IMG/VR virus record: IMGVR_UViG_3300042673_002653
Coordinates: 1-50,295 of that record
DNA: 50,295 bases
Strand: one strand, 5' to 3'
Origin: a virus
Taxonomy: Duplodnaviria; Caudoviricetes
Of the stretch, positions 8,340 to 16,175 are shown piece by piece. Position 1 is the stretch's first letter, and every line of letters starts with the position of its first letter. Below the pieces are notes generated by a model that did no database searches, was not told the origin of the DNA, and saw only the letters and a program-made list of their open reading frames with translations. A program made the translations under genes and the position numbers.

Positions 8340-8671
8340 CGCCGCAACAGAACGCCTGCCTGATCGCAATCCGCACACTGACCGTCGACGGCGTCGCTCC
8401 GACGGTCCGCGAGCTGATGGCTCATCTGGGTGTCAGATCGTCCAGCCGGGTTCAGGAGATGATCGAAGCCTTGGAAGAGCAGGGCTTCATCCGCCGCCGC
8501 CCTGGTCGCTACCGCTGCATTGAGATCGTGGAGCGGTACGGTTCTGGCCTGTCTGACGCCCGCATCGCGTCCATGTCTGACGAAGCCTTGGAGAGCGCGC
8601 ACGCTCGCATCGGGGCCGCCCTGACCCATCGTCGCGCTCTGTCTCAAAGCATGGGGGAGATGGCCGCATGA
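8336..8671 (+). CDS. LexA-type winged-helix DNA-binding protein without peptidase domain
   Basis: MTPQQ...GVAPTVRELMAHLGVRSSSRVQEMIEALEEQGFIRR. Confidence 0.85.
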   Translation: MTPQQNACLIAIRTLTVDGVAPTVRELMAHLGVRSSSRVQEMIEALEEQGFIRRRPGRYRCIEIVERYGSGLSDARIASMSDEALESAHARIGAALTHRRALSQSMGEMAA

Positions 8672-9015
8672 GCCGAGCCGAGAACCGCATCATCGACCGG
8701 ATCGACCGCCAGCGGGAACGGAAGGCGTCGACCAAGGTCCGAGAAGTCCGCCGCCTCCAGATCGGCGAACATGCCCGCGCGTCCATCAACTGCACGGCGC
8801 TGGGCTACGACGACCCCGCCGAACGGCTGGAATGGCTGAAGGCGTCGGCATGGAAGATCCGCGAGTTGTTCGTCTCCGTTCAGGACGACGCCGGCGCCGT
8901 GGCCTTCTTCGGCTCCCTCGCTTCTGCCCCCGATAGCGTCTTGCCGAGAGCCATTGCGCGGGCTGAGGCCGAACGGGTCTTCACCCAGGCTGCGAATGAT
9001 CGGGAGGCGGGATGA
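8668..9015 (+). CDS. Hypothetical phage protein
   Basis: 115 aa; ATGA overlaps at both ends. Confidence 0.75.
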   Translation: MSRAENRIIDRIDRQRERKASTKVREVRRLQIGEHARASINCTALGYDDPAERLEWLKASAWKIRELFVSVQDDAGAVAFFGSLASAPDSVLPRAIARAEAERVFTQAANDREAG

Positions 9016-9617
9016 CGCCCGAGCTTCCGACTGTCGATGGCGGCTTCCGCATGATCCTCGCCGACCCGCCGTGGCATCACGCCAGCCGGTCGCCGAAGGG
9101 GCAGACGCGACGCTCGCCTTCGCACCACTACCTCACTATGCCTCTCGCCAACATCAAGGCGCTGCCAGTCGCTGAGATCGCAGCAAAGGATTGCCATCTG
9201 TTCCTCTGGACCACGGGGCCGCACCTCCAGCAGGCCTTTCAGGTCATGACCGCATGGGGCTTCCGCTATTCCAGCCTCGCCTTCGTCTGGGTGAAGCGCC
9301 GGAAGCAGCCGGACGGTGACCATGACGGCGTCTTGTTCATGGACCGCCGCGATCTCTTCACCGGCATGGGCTACACCACGCGCCAGAACGCCGAGCTGGT
9401 CCTGCTGGGCCGCCGAGGAAATCCCGCCCGTCTGGCCAAGGACGTCCATCAGGTCATCGCTGCGCCGCGTCAGGAACACAGTCGGAAGCCCCGCGAAGTC
9501 CATAGCCGGATCGAACGCTACTGCGCTGGCCCCCGCCTTGAGATGTTCGCCCGCGCCCCCCGCGAAGGCTGGACCGTCTGGGGCAACGAGACCGACAAGT
9601 TCAGGGAGGCCGCGTAG
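9012..9617 (+). CDS. MT-A70 family adenine methyltransferase
   Basis: ILADPPW, LFLWTT, WGFRY, WVK, GMGYTTRQNAE, EHSRKP and LEMFAR motifs. Confidence 0.92.
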   Translation: MTPELPTVDGGFRMILADPPWHHASRSPKGQTRRSPSHHYLTMPLANIKALPVAEIAAKDCHLFLWTTGPHLQQAFQVMTAWGFRYSSLAFVWVKRRKQPDGDHDGVLFMDRRDLFTGMGYTTRQNAELVLLGRRGNPARLAKDVHQVIAAPRQEHSRKPREVHSRIERYCAGPRLEMFARAPREGWTVWGNETDKFREAA

Positions 9618-11093
9618 ATGGACCCCCGCGACCAAGAGACCGCCCTGCCCTCAAACCTGGAGGCGGAGCAGGCCCTGCTGGGCTGCCTGATGTTCGACAA
9701 CGCCGTGATGGAGCGACTGCCCGACCGGCTGCGCGGCTCGCACTTCTTCGAGCCCTTCCACCAGCGCCTCTACGACGCGATCCAACTGACCATCGGCCAA
9801 GGCATTACAGCCGAGCCGACGATACTCATGGACCGGTTCACCGCCGATCCGGCCTTTGTCGAGTTCGGGGGGCTTCGCTACCTCGCCGATTTGATGGACC
9901 GCGCGCCCCCGGCGGCGAACGCGCCCGGCTACGCCCGATCGATCTACGACCTGGCCATGCGCCGCGACCTCATCCGGATCGGCGGCGAGATCGCGTTCCA
10001 CGCCGTGAACCCCGACCTCCCTGCGACCGATCACCTCGCCAACGCCGAGGGAGCCCTTTTCACACTCGCTGAGACCGGAGAGCAGTCCAAGGGTGTCGTC
10101 ACCTTCCGAGAGGCCATGAGCGGCGCTCTGGCGATGGCTGAGCAGGCCTTCCGCCGGGACGGCGCGCTAGCGGGGCTGGCGACGCACCTGAACGACCTGG
10201 ACCAGAAGCTGGGCGGCCTTCACCCTTCGGACCTGCTGATCCTCGCCGGGCGCCCGTCGATGGGCAAGACCGCGCTAGCGACCAACATCGGCTTCAACAT
10301 CGCCAAGCGGTATCGCTTCGAGATCGACGCCACGGCGCCCGGCGGCATCCGTCGGCTGGACGGCGGCCGGGTCCTGTTCTTCTCGCTGGAGATGAGCCCC
10401 GAACAGCTGGCCATGCGGATCATCGCCGACGCCTCGGGCGTCTCAGGTGACCGCATCCGCAAGGGCAGGATCAGCCGCGACGAGTTCGCCAAGATGAAGG
10501 AGGTCGAGGCCCTTCTCGCCGAAATCCCGCTCCTGACCGAAGCGACCGGCGGCATCCCCATCGGGAAGCTCTGCGCCATCGCCCGGCGCCAGCACCGGAA
10601 GGCCCCGCTGAACCTCATCATCGTGGACTATCTGCAGCTCGCCACGACGAACCAGAGCGCCGGCAAGGGCCGGGTGCAGGAGGTGTCCGAGATCACCGGC
10701 GGCCTGAAGGCCCTGGCCAAGGAGCTCAACGTCCCGATCATCGCCCTGTCCCAGCTCTCGCGACAGGTCGAGCAGCGGGACGATAAGCGGCCCCAGCTAT
10801 CCGACCTCAGGGACTCGGGCTCCATCGAGCAGGACGCCGACGCAGTCCTCTTCGTCTACCGCGAGAGCTACTACCTGGGCCGGGCCGAACCAAAGGAGGG
10901 ATCGTCCGAACACCTGCTCTGGCAGGCCGAGATGGCGATCAAGGAGCATGAGGCCGAGGTCATCATCGGGAAGCAGCGCCACGGCCCCATCGGCACGGTG
11001 AAACTGGCCTTCGACGCCGACACGACCCGGTTCGGTAACCTCGCGCGCGGGTCCGACTATGAGACCGCTCGCATGCCCTACGGTGACAACTGA
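9618..11093 (+). CDS. dnaB: Replicative DNA helicase DnaB (phage)
   Basis: Walker A GRPSMGKT, FSLEM, IIVDYLQL, LSQLSR, DLRDSGSIEQDAD, KQRHGP. Confidence 0.97.
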   Translation: MDPRDQETALPSNLEAEQALLGCLMFDNAVMERLPDRLRGSHFFEPFHQRLYDAIQLTIGQGITAEPTILMDRFTADPAFVEFGGLRYLADLMDRAPPAANAPGYARSIYDLAMRRDLIRIGGEIAFHAVNPDLPATDHLANAEGALFTLAETGEQSKGVVTFREAMSGALAMAEQAFRRDGALAGLATHLNDLDQKLGGLHPSDLLILAGRPSMGKTALATNIGFNIAKRYRFEIDATAPGGIRRLDGGRVLFFSLEMSPEQLAMRIIADASGVSGDRIRKGRISRDEFAKMKEVEALLAEIPLLTEATGGIPIGKLCAIARRQHRKAPLNLIIVDYLQLATTNQSAGKGRVQEVSEITGGLKALAKELNVPIIALSQLSRQVEQRDDKRPQLSDLRDSGSIEQDADAVLFVYRESYYLGRAEPKEGSSEHLLWQAEMAIKEHEAEVIIGKQRHGPIGTVKLAFDADTTRFGNLARGSDYETARMPYGDN

Positions 11094-12115
11094 TGGCGGC
11101 TCCCCCATACCAGAAGCTCTTCTGGGGCTCCTATCACAAGCATACCGCCCACCTGGGCCACGCCCGCGAGCATGGGGCCTATCTCCTCCTGATCGGAGCC
11201 CTCTGGAACAACGAGGGCAAGCTTCCGGCCGATGACGACGTTCTGGCTGGATACGCCAAGCTGACGACCAAGGAGTGGCTGGCGATCAAGCCCAAGCTCA
11301 TGCCGCTGTTCAAGGTCGTCAGAGGCAAGCTGATGCAACCGCGCGTGACCGAGGATCTGGCAAAGTACCGAGACACTTCCGGTAAGCGGAAATCGGCCGG
11401 AAAAACGGGTGGCGAGGCAAGTGCCGGAAATCGTGCATTAAATCGGCAAGCAAATGCTTCCGATTTGCCGACAAAACCAGAACCAGAACCAAAAGAAGAA
11501 AGTACCCCCAGCCCCCAAGGGGGCGAGATCGACCTCAGGCGCTTCGCGAAAGGCCTGCTGATCGCGGCTGACGCTGGGTGCAGCTTCGCACTGATGGTCG
11601 AGCGCATCCACCAGGCCCAGCCGGTCGTCGACGGCAAGCGTCGCTCGACGGCGCCGGATGTGCAGCGGGCTCTCGGCGGCGCACTAAAGCGCGGCGGAAT
11701 GCCGTCGGCGATCTGGTCGGCGGTCCGGGCCTTCTACGCCCTGCCCGCTTCGACCAAGGACGGGGGCCAGTTCGCCAACGGCGCGGCCGTGGTGCTGAAC
11801 AAGGACCGATGGAAGGAATACCTCCCGGACGGGGCGAGCGCCGCGCCGATTGCAGATGTCACCCCGGTCTACGACGGCCCCCCCGACATCCGAGCCTGGG
11901 TCGCCACCCACCACGGTGAGCCCTACGCCCGATCCTACGTCGATCCGGCCCGATGGGACGCCACGAACCGCGCCCTGCTGGCCGCCAACCCGTTCGCCGT
12001 CAGCAAGCTGGCCCGAGACCTCGCCGATATCACAGCCCGATGGAAGTTCTCCGTCACCCTGGCCACCGCCAACGACCCGAAGCCTGACCTGTTCGCCCAA
12101 GGAGCCGCAGCATGA
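11093..12115 (+). CDS. Replication initiator, DUF1376/YdaU-like
   Basis: PYQKLFWGSY...HLGHAREHGAYLLLI...W...GKLPADD N-terminal domain; KPEPEP linker. Confidence 0.8.
   Translation: MAAPPYQKLFWGSYHKHTAHLGHAREHGAYLLLIGALWNNEGKLPADDDVLAGYAKLTTKEWLAIKPKLMPLFKVVRGKLMQPRVTEDLAKYRDTSGKRKSAGKTGGEASAGNRALNRQANASDLPTKPEPEPKEESTPSPQGGEIDLRRFAKGLLIAADAGCSFALMVERIHQAQPVVDGKRRSTAPDVQRALGGALKRGGMPSAIWSAVRAFYALPASTKDGGQFANGAAVVLNKDRWKEYLPDGASAAPIADVTPVYDGPPDIRAWVATHHGEPYARSYVDPARWDATNRALLAANPFAVSKLARDLADITARWKFSVTLATANDPKPDLFAQGAAA
11385..11505. other. Candidate phage replication origin inside the initiator gene
   Basis: AT-rich patch with inverted repeat AAATCGGCAAGCA-AA-TGCTTCCGATTT and A-rich AACCAGAACCAGAACCAAAAGAAGAAAG; lambdoid origins lie within the initiator gene. 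Confidence 0.45.
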
Positions 12116-12825
12116 GCACCCGATCCCTAGTCGAGATCAACCACGACTTCACCTGGCGGATGGACGAGGGCTTTTTGCCAGCGCTCCAGCGCTACTTGGC
12201 GTCGGGCAGCCAGCACGAAGCCGATGGACTGAGGCTCCTCTACGGCCTCAACGTCCTGACCACGCGGCATCACTCCAGCGAATACCGGATCGCCGAGGGG
12301 ACCGACGGCTTTCCCGCCCCGGCGCCGCAGCCTCACGTCTTCCTCGACTGCGACGGAGTGCTGGCGGATTTCGACACCTACGCTGAGGCCTATTTCGGGA
12401 TGGAGCCCCGTCTTTACGAAGAGCTGATGGGCTCCGAACACTTCTGGGCCGAGCTGGAAGCGAAGGGCGACTTCTACCGCAACCTGCCACTGATGGCGGA
12501 TGCTCGCGAACTGGTCGATGGCGTTCGGCACCTGAACCCCACAATCCTGACCGGATGCCCGCGCGGCAACTGGGCGCAGGCACAGAAGGTGGCTTGGGCC
12601 GAAGAGCACTTCCCAGGCATCCCGATCATCACCTGCCGGTCGTCGGAAAAGCGCCTGCACGCCAAGCCGGGTGATGTCCTGATCGACGACTGGAACCAGC
12701 ACCGCGCCCGCTGGATCGAACACGGCGGAGTCTGGATCACCCACACCGACGCGAAGACGTCCCTCGCCGCCCTCTGGGCCCACTATCCCGACTTGGCTCC
12801 GAAGAAGCGAAAGGCCGCCGCATGA
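12112..12825 (+). CDS. HAD-family 5'(3')-deoxyribonucleotidase-like protein with N-terminal extension
   Basis: VFLDCDGVLADF, ILTG, QKVAW, LIDDW motifs. Confidence 0.85.
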   Translation: MSTRSLVEINHDFTWRMDEGFLPALQRYLASGSQHEADGLRLLYGLNVLTTRHHSSEYRIAEGTDGFPAPAPQPHVFLDCDGVLADFDTYAEAYFGMEPRLYEELMGSEHFWAELEAKGDFYRNLPLMADARELVDGVRHLNPTILTGCPRGNWAQAQKVAWAEEHFPGIPIITCRSSEKRLHAKPGDVLIDDWNQHRARWIEHGGVWITHTDAKTSLAALWAHYPDLAPKKRKAAA

Positions 12826-13643
12826 GCAAGCTGTCCAAATCCAAGGCTCGCGCCAACCGTCGGCGGTATGCCAAGCCCTCCCTTCCCCGCGCCATCGGGG
12901 CGAACGACAATCACCCGTCGGCGTCGAACGACAACGCGGCGCCGGTGTCGATCGGTGGGGTGACCCTGACCGAGAACCAGGCCCGCCGGTTCGCCATCGC
13001 GACGGAACAGCTCGCCTCGGAAAGCATGGACCTCCGCCGCGCCGGCCAGCGGACGATGGAGGCCCTGGAGGCTGAGACGACGGCCAAGCGCATCGCCGGG
13101 GAGGTTGAGGCCGGTCTGACCGAGCGCCGCGGACTCGAAGCCCTGCGCGGGCTGGAGATCGGAGCGTCCAAGGTCGAGGGCGCCGTCGGGGCTCCGAAGA
13201 TCACGCGGGACGGGCTTGAGACCCTGCTGACGGCCGGGTCGATCACCCGGATCCAGCACGCCGCCGGGATGCTCTACCGCCAGGAATACGAGCGCATCGA
13301 TCCGGAGAAGCTGCTGACCCCGCCCCAGTTCGATCCCGAAAAGGTCCGCTCAGTCCACGGAGGCGAAGGCTGGGACCAGAAGCGACGGGAGATCGAGGAA
13401 CGGGTCTTCGGCATCCACTGCATGATCTGCGGGGTGGAGCCGCCGAAGGGGAAGCAGCGGGCGGCCATGCCGAACCTGCCGAAGGGGCACCCGGCCATGC
13501 GGGCCATCGACGCTCTTGAGCGGATTGCGGGGCGTGGGGACAATGTTCAAGAAATCTCGGCTTCGGGTTCAGTTCGCGCTCGGTTGCGAGAGGACTTGAT
13601 CTTCGCGCTCGACGCGTGCGCTATCGTCTACGGACTGGACTGA
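12822..13643 (+). CDS. Putative late-gene regulator (Q-like position)
   Basis: Last early gene; ITRIQHAAGMLYRQEYE and C-terminal LIFALDACAIVYGL; precedes a promoter-terminator pair. Confidence 0.55.
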   Translation: MSKLSKSKARANRRRYAKPSLPRAIGANDNHPSASNDNAAPVSIGGVTLTENQARRFAIATEQLASESMDLRRAGQRTMEALEAETTAKRIAGEVEAGLTERRGLEALRGLEIGASKVEGAVGAPKITRDGLETLLTAGSITRIQHAAGMLYRQEYERIDPEKLLTPPQFDPEKVRSVHGGEGWDQKRREIEERVFGIHCMICGVEPPKGKQRAAMPNLPKGHPAMRAIDALERIAGRGDNVQEISASGSVRARLREDLIFALDACAIVYGLD

Positions 13644-13652
13644 GGGGTTCCA

Positions 13653-13922
13653 ATGAAGACGACAGCTATCGCAGCGATCCTGTTCGCACTCTCGTTGGGG
13701 GCAGCCGCGCCGGCTGTCTCCAAGCCTCCAAGCCAGTGTGACGATGCAATTGACGACTACAACCGCTCGGTTGGTGATCTTTCCTCGTACCTGTCGCGGT
13801 ACTCGAGCTGCGTGCAGAACAGCCAAGGCTATGACGACTGTTCGACCGAGTTTCGGCGCGTTCGAAACACTCAGAGCGATTTTGAGGCCGCAGTCAGCAA
13901 CTTCCAGTCTGAGTGCGACTGA
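13653..13922 (+). CDS. Small secreted Cys-containing protein (moron)
   Basis: Signal peptide MKTTAIAAILFALSLGAAAPAVS; 4 Cys; lower GC. Confidence 0.75.
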   Translation: MKTTAIAAILFALSLGAAAPAVSKPPSQCDDAIDDYNRSVGDLSSYLSRYSSCVQNSQGYDDCSTEFRRVRNTQSDFEAAVSNFQSECD

Positions 13923-13934
13923 CGAGCCCCGCGC

Positions 13935-13963
13935 TTGACAGCGGACAGGTAATCGGTGACATC
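13935..13963 (+). promoter_or_regulatory. Putative late promoter PR'
   Basis: Perfect TTGACA at 13935-13940 with a weak -10; upstream of a terminator, the tRNA and terminase. Confidence 0.55.
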
Positions 13964-13990
13964 CAGCAAATCGGGCTTTCCGCCCAGACC

Positions 13991-14020
13991 AAGGCTCCTC
14001 CCTCGCGGCGGGGCCTTTTT
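13991..14020 (+). terminator. tR'-like intrinsic terminator
   Basis: AAGGCTCC...GGGGCCTT followed by a T-run. Confidence 0.7.
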
Positions 14021-14099
14021 CGTTTCCGGCGCCGACCATGTTCTGACCTGCGGGGATGGCTGGATCGGCTGAGAGAGACGAAAGCACACCCTCTTTCTT

Positions 14100-14174
14100 A
14101 TCCGACTAGCTCAGCAGGTAGAGCGCCGGTCTCCAAAACCGGTTGGCGAGGTTCGAGTCCTCGGTCGGGTGCCA
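14100..14174 (+). tRNA. tRNA-Trp (CCA)
   Basis: Acceptor ATCCGAC/GTCGGGT, D arm GCTC/GAGC, anticodon arm CCGGT-CTCCAAA-ACCGG, T arm CGAGG-TTCGAGT-CCTCG, discriminator G plus encoded CCA. Confidence 0.93.
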
Positions 14175-14188
14175 GTCGCGGAGGCCTG

Positions 14189-14686
14189 ATGGCCCGCCCC
14201 TCCTTGTTCAACGAGGCGATTGCCGGTGAAATCTGCGAGCGCATCGCCGACGGCGACAGCCTCCGATCCATCTGCGAGGGTGCCGACTATCCCGAGCGTC
14301 GGACGGTTTTCAGGTGGCTCGCCGATCCTCAGCATGCCGAGTTCCGTCGCCAGTACGCGCTCGCGCGCGAGGCCTCGGCGGACGCAGACGACGACGACAT
14401 TCGCGACATGGCCAAGCGGGTCGAAGCTGGAAAGCTGGAACACCAGGCCGCTCGGGTCGCGATCGACGCCAAGAAGTGGTCCGCCGGCAAGCGGAAGCCG
14501 AAGGTCTACGGGGACAAGATGGCCTTGGTCGGCGGCGGCAAGGACGATGCGCCGATCAGCCATTCCCATGCCTTCGACCTGAAGGACGCCAGCGACGAGG
14601 AGCTTGAAGTCATTGAGCGCTTCGTTCGCCGTCGAGCTGCCGACGCTGGAAGAGATCAGGGCGGAGCGGGAGAGGCGGAGGGCTGA
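14189..14686 (+). CDS. Terminase small subunit
   Basis: MARPSLFNEAIAGEICERIADGDSLRSIC...KWSAGKRKPKVYGDK (Sf6 gp1-like); GGAGG RBS. Confidence 0.9.
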   Translation: MARPSLFNEAIAGEICERIADGDSLRSICEGADYPERRTVFRWLADPQHAEFRRQYALAREASADADDDDIRDMAKRVEAGKLEHQAARVAIDAKKWSAGKRKPKVYGDKMALVGGGKDDAPISHSHAFDLKDASDEELEVIERFVRRRAADAGRDQGGAGEAEG

Positions 14687-16175
14687 AGCCGAACGCGCTC
14701 GACTGGTCAAGGATCAGGGCGCGATCCGTGCACGCTGCGACGGCCTGCACGGGTTCATCGAAGAGCACTGGTCTATTCTGGAGCCCAAGCGACCGTTCGT
14801 GACGGGCTGGGCGCTTCAGGCCATGTGCCGGCATCTCGAAGCGGTCACCGACGGCAAGATCCAGTTCCTGCTGATGACCGTGCCGCCGGGGATGATGAAG
14901 TCCCTGCTGCTGGTGTTCTGGACCGCATGGGAATGGGGACCGCGCGCCCGGCCCGACCTTCAGACGCTGGCCACCTCCTACAGCCAGGCCAACGTCCTCC
15001 GCGACAACCTCAAGCTCCGGCGCCTAATCGAGAGCGATCAGTACCGGGCCCTCTGGCCTCTGAACCTGCGGGCCGATCAGAACGCCAAGGGCAAGTTCGA
15101 GAACACCGACAACGGGTTTAGCGAGGCCCGTCCATTCAGTTCCATGACCGGCGGCCGGGGTGACCGGGTCAAGGTCGATGACCCCCACTCGACCGAGAGC
15201 GCCGAGTCCGACGCCGAGCGCGAGACCGCCGTCCGCATCTTCCGCGAAGGCATCTCCGACCGGATGAACGACGTGCAGACGTCCGCCATCGTCATCATCA
15301 TGCAGCGGCTGCACGCCAAGGACGTCGCGGCGGTCGCCTTGGAACTGGACATCGGCTTCGTCCACCTGAACCTCCCGATGGAGTTCGAGGCCGAGCGCGT
15401 CGGCGACGACGGCAAGGTGAGCGGCGGACCGTGCCGGACCTACGTCGACGGCGAACTGTTCTTCGAGGATCCGCGCATTCGCGAAGGCGAACTGCTCTTC
15501 CCCGAGCGCTTCCCCCTCGCCCAGGTCGCCAAGCTCAAGAAGGCCAAGGGCTCATACGCATGGGCTGGGCAATATCAGCAGCGCCCCTCCCCTCGTGATG
15601 GCGGCATATTCCTCCGGGAGTGGTTCAAGACGGCGTCGGTCCTGCCCGCAGGGATGAAGACTACCGTCCGGGCGTGGGATATCGGCGCAACAGAGGGCGG
15701 CGGAGATCCAAGTGCTGGCGTCCGCTGCACGATGGTCGGGACCGGCGACGAGGCCTCATACTACTTCACAAACTGCCGGACAGATCAGTGGAGCCCCGCA
15801 CAGTTCGAGGCCGAGCTTAAGCTGACCGCCGCCGCTGACACTATGGCCGTGACGGTCAGATTGCCTCAAGACCCCGGCGCGGCCGGCAAGGGCTACGTCC
15901 AGACCCTGGTCAAGAAACTGCAGGGCTATTCCGTGAAGGTCGCCCAGCCGACCGGATCCAAGCTCACGCGCGCAACCGCGCTGGCCACCCAGGCTGAGGC
16001 CGGGAACGTATTCATCCTGACAACGGGGGACGCCATGCGAGACGCCTGGATTGAACCGTTCGTGGACGAGCTGTGCGTCTTCCCGTCCGGGGCCCATGAC
16101 GACCAAGTCGACGCCGCCGCCGACGCCTTCAACGAACTGGCCCTCGGCTCCGTCTACAGCCTGGACAACGTCTGA
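14604..16175 (+). CDS. Terminase large subunit
   Basis: VPPGMMKS Walker A, TGGRGD, VDDPH Walker B, IMQRLH, YQQRP, RAWD, HDDQVDA; start may be TTG 14613. Confidence 0.95.
   Translation: MKSLSASFAVELPTLEEIRAERERRRAEAERARLVKDQGAIRARCDGLHGFIEEHWSILEPKRPFVTGWALQAMCRHLEAVTDGKIQFLLMTVPPGMMKSLLLVFWTAWEWGPRARPDLQTLATSYSQANVLRDNLKLRRLIESDQYRALWPLNLRADQNAKGKFENTDNGFSEARPFSSMTGGRGDRVKVDDPHSTESAESDAERETAVRIFREGISDRMNDVQTSAIVIIMQRLHAKDVAAVALELDIGFVHLNLPMEFEAERVGDDGKVSGGPCRTYVDGELFFEDPRIREGELLFPERFPLAQVAKLKKAKGSYAWAGQYQQRPSPRDGGIFLREWFKTASVLPAGMKTTVRAWDIGATEGGGDPSAGVRCTMVGTGDEASYYFTNCRTDQWSPAQFEAELKLTAAADTMAVTVRLPQDPGAAGKGYVQTLVKKLQGYSVKVAQPTGSKLTRATALATQAEAGNVFILTTGDAMRDAWIEPFVDELCVFPSGAHDDQVDAAADAFNELALGSVYSLDNV

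Noticed and set aside
14068-14085. CTGAGAGAGACGAAA as a hammerhead ribozyme core
   Set aside because: Does not fit CUGANGA, has no proper stem II, and I could not build stems I and III
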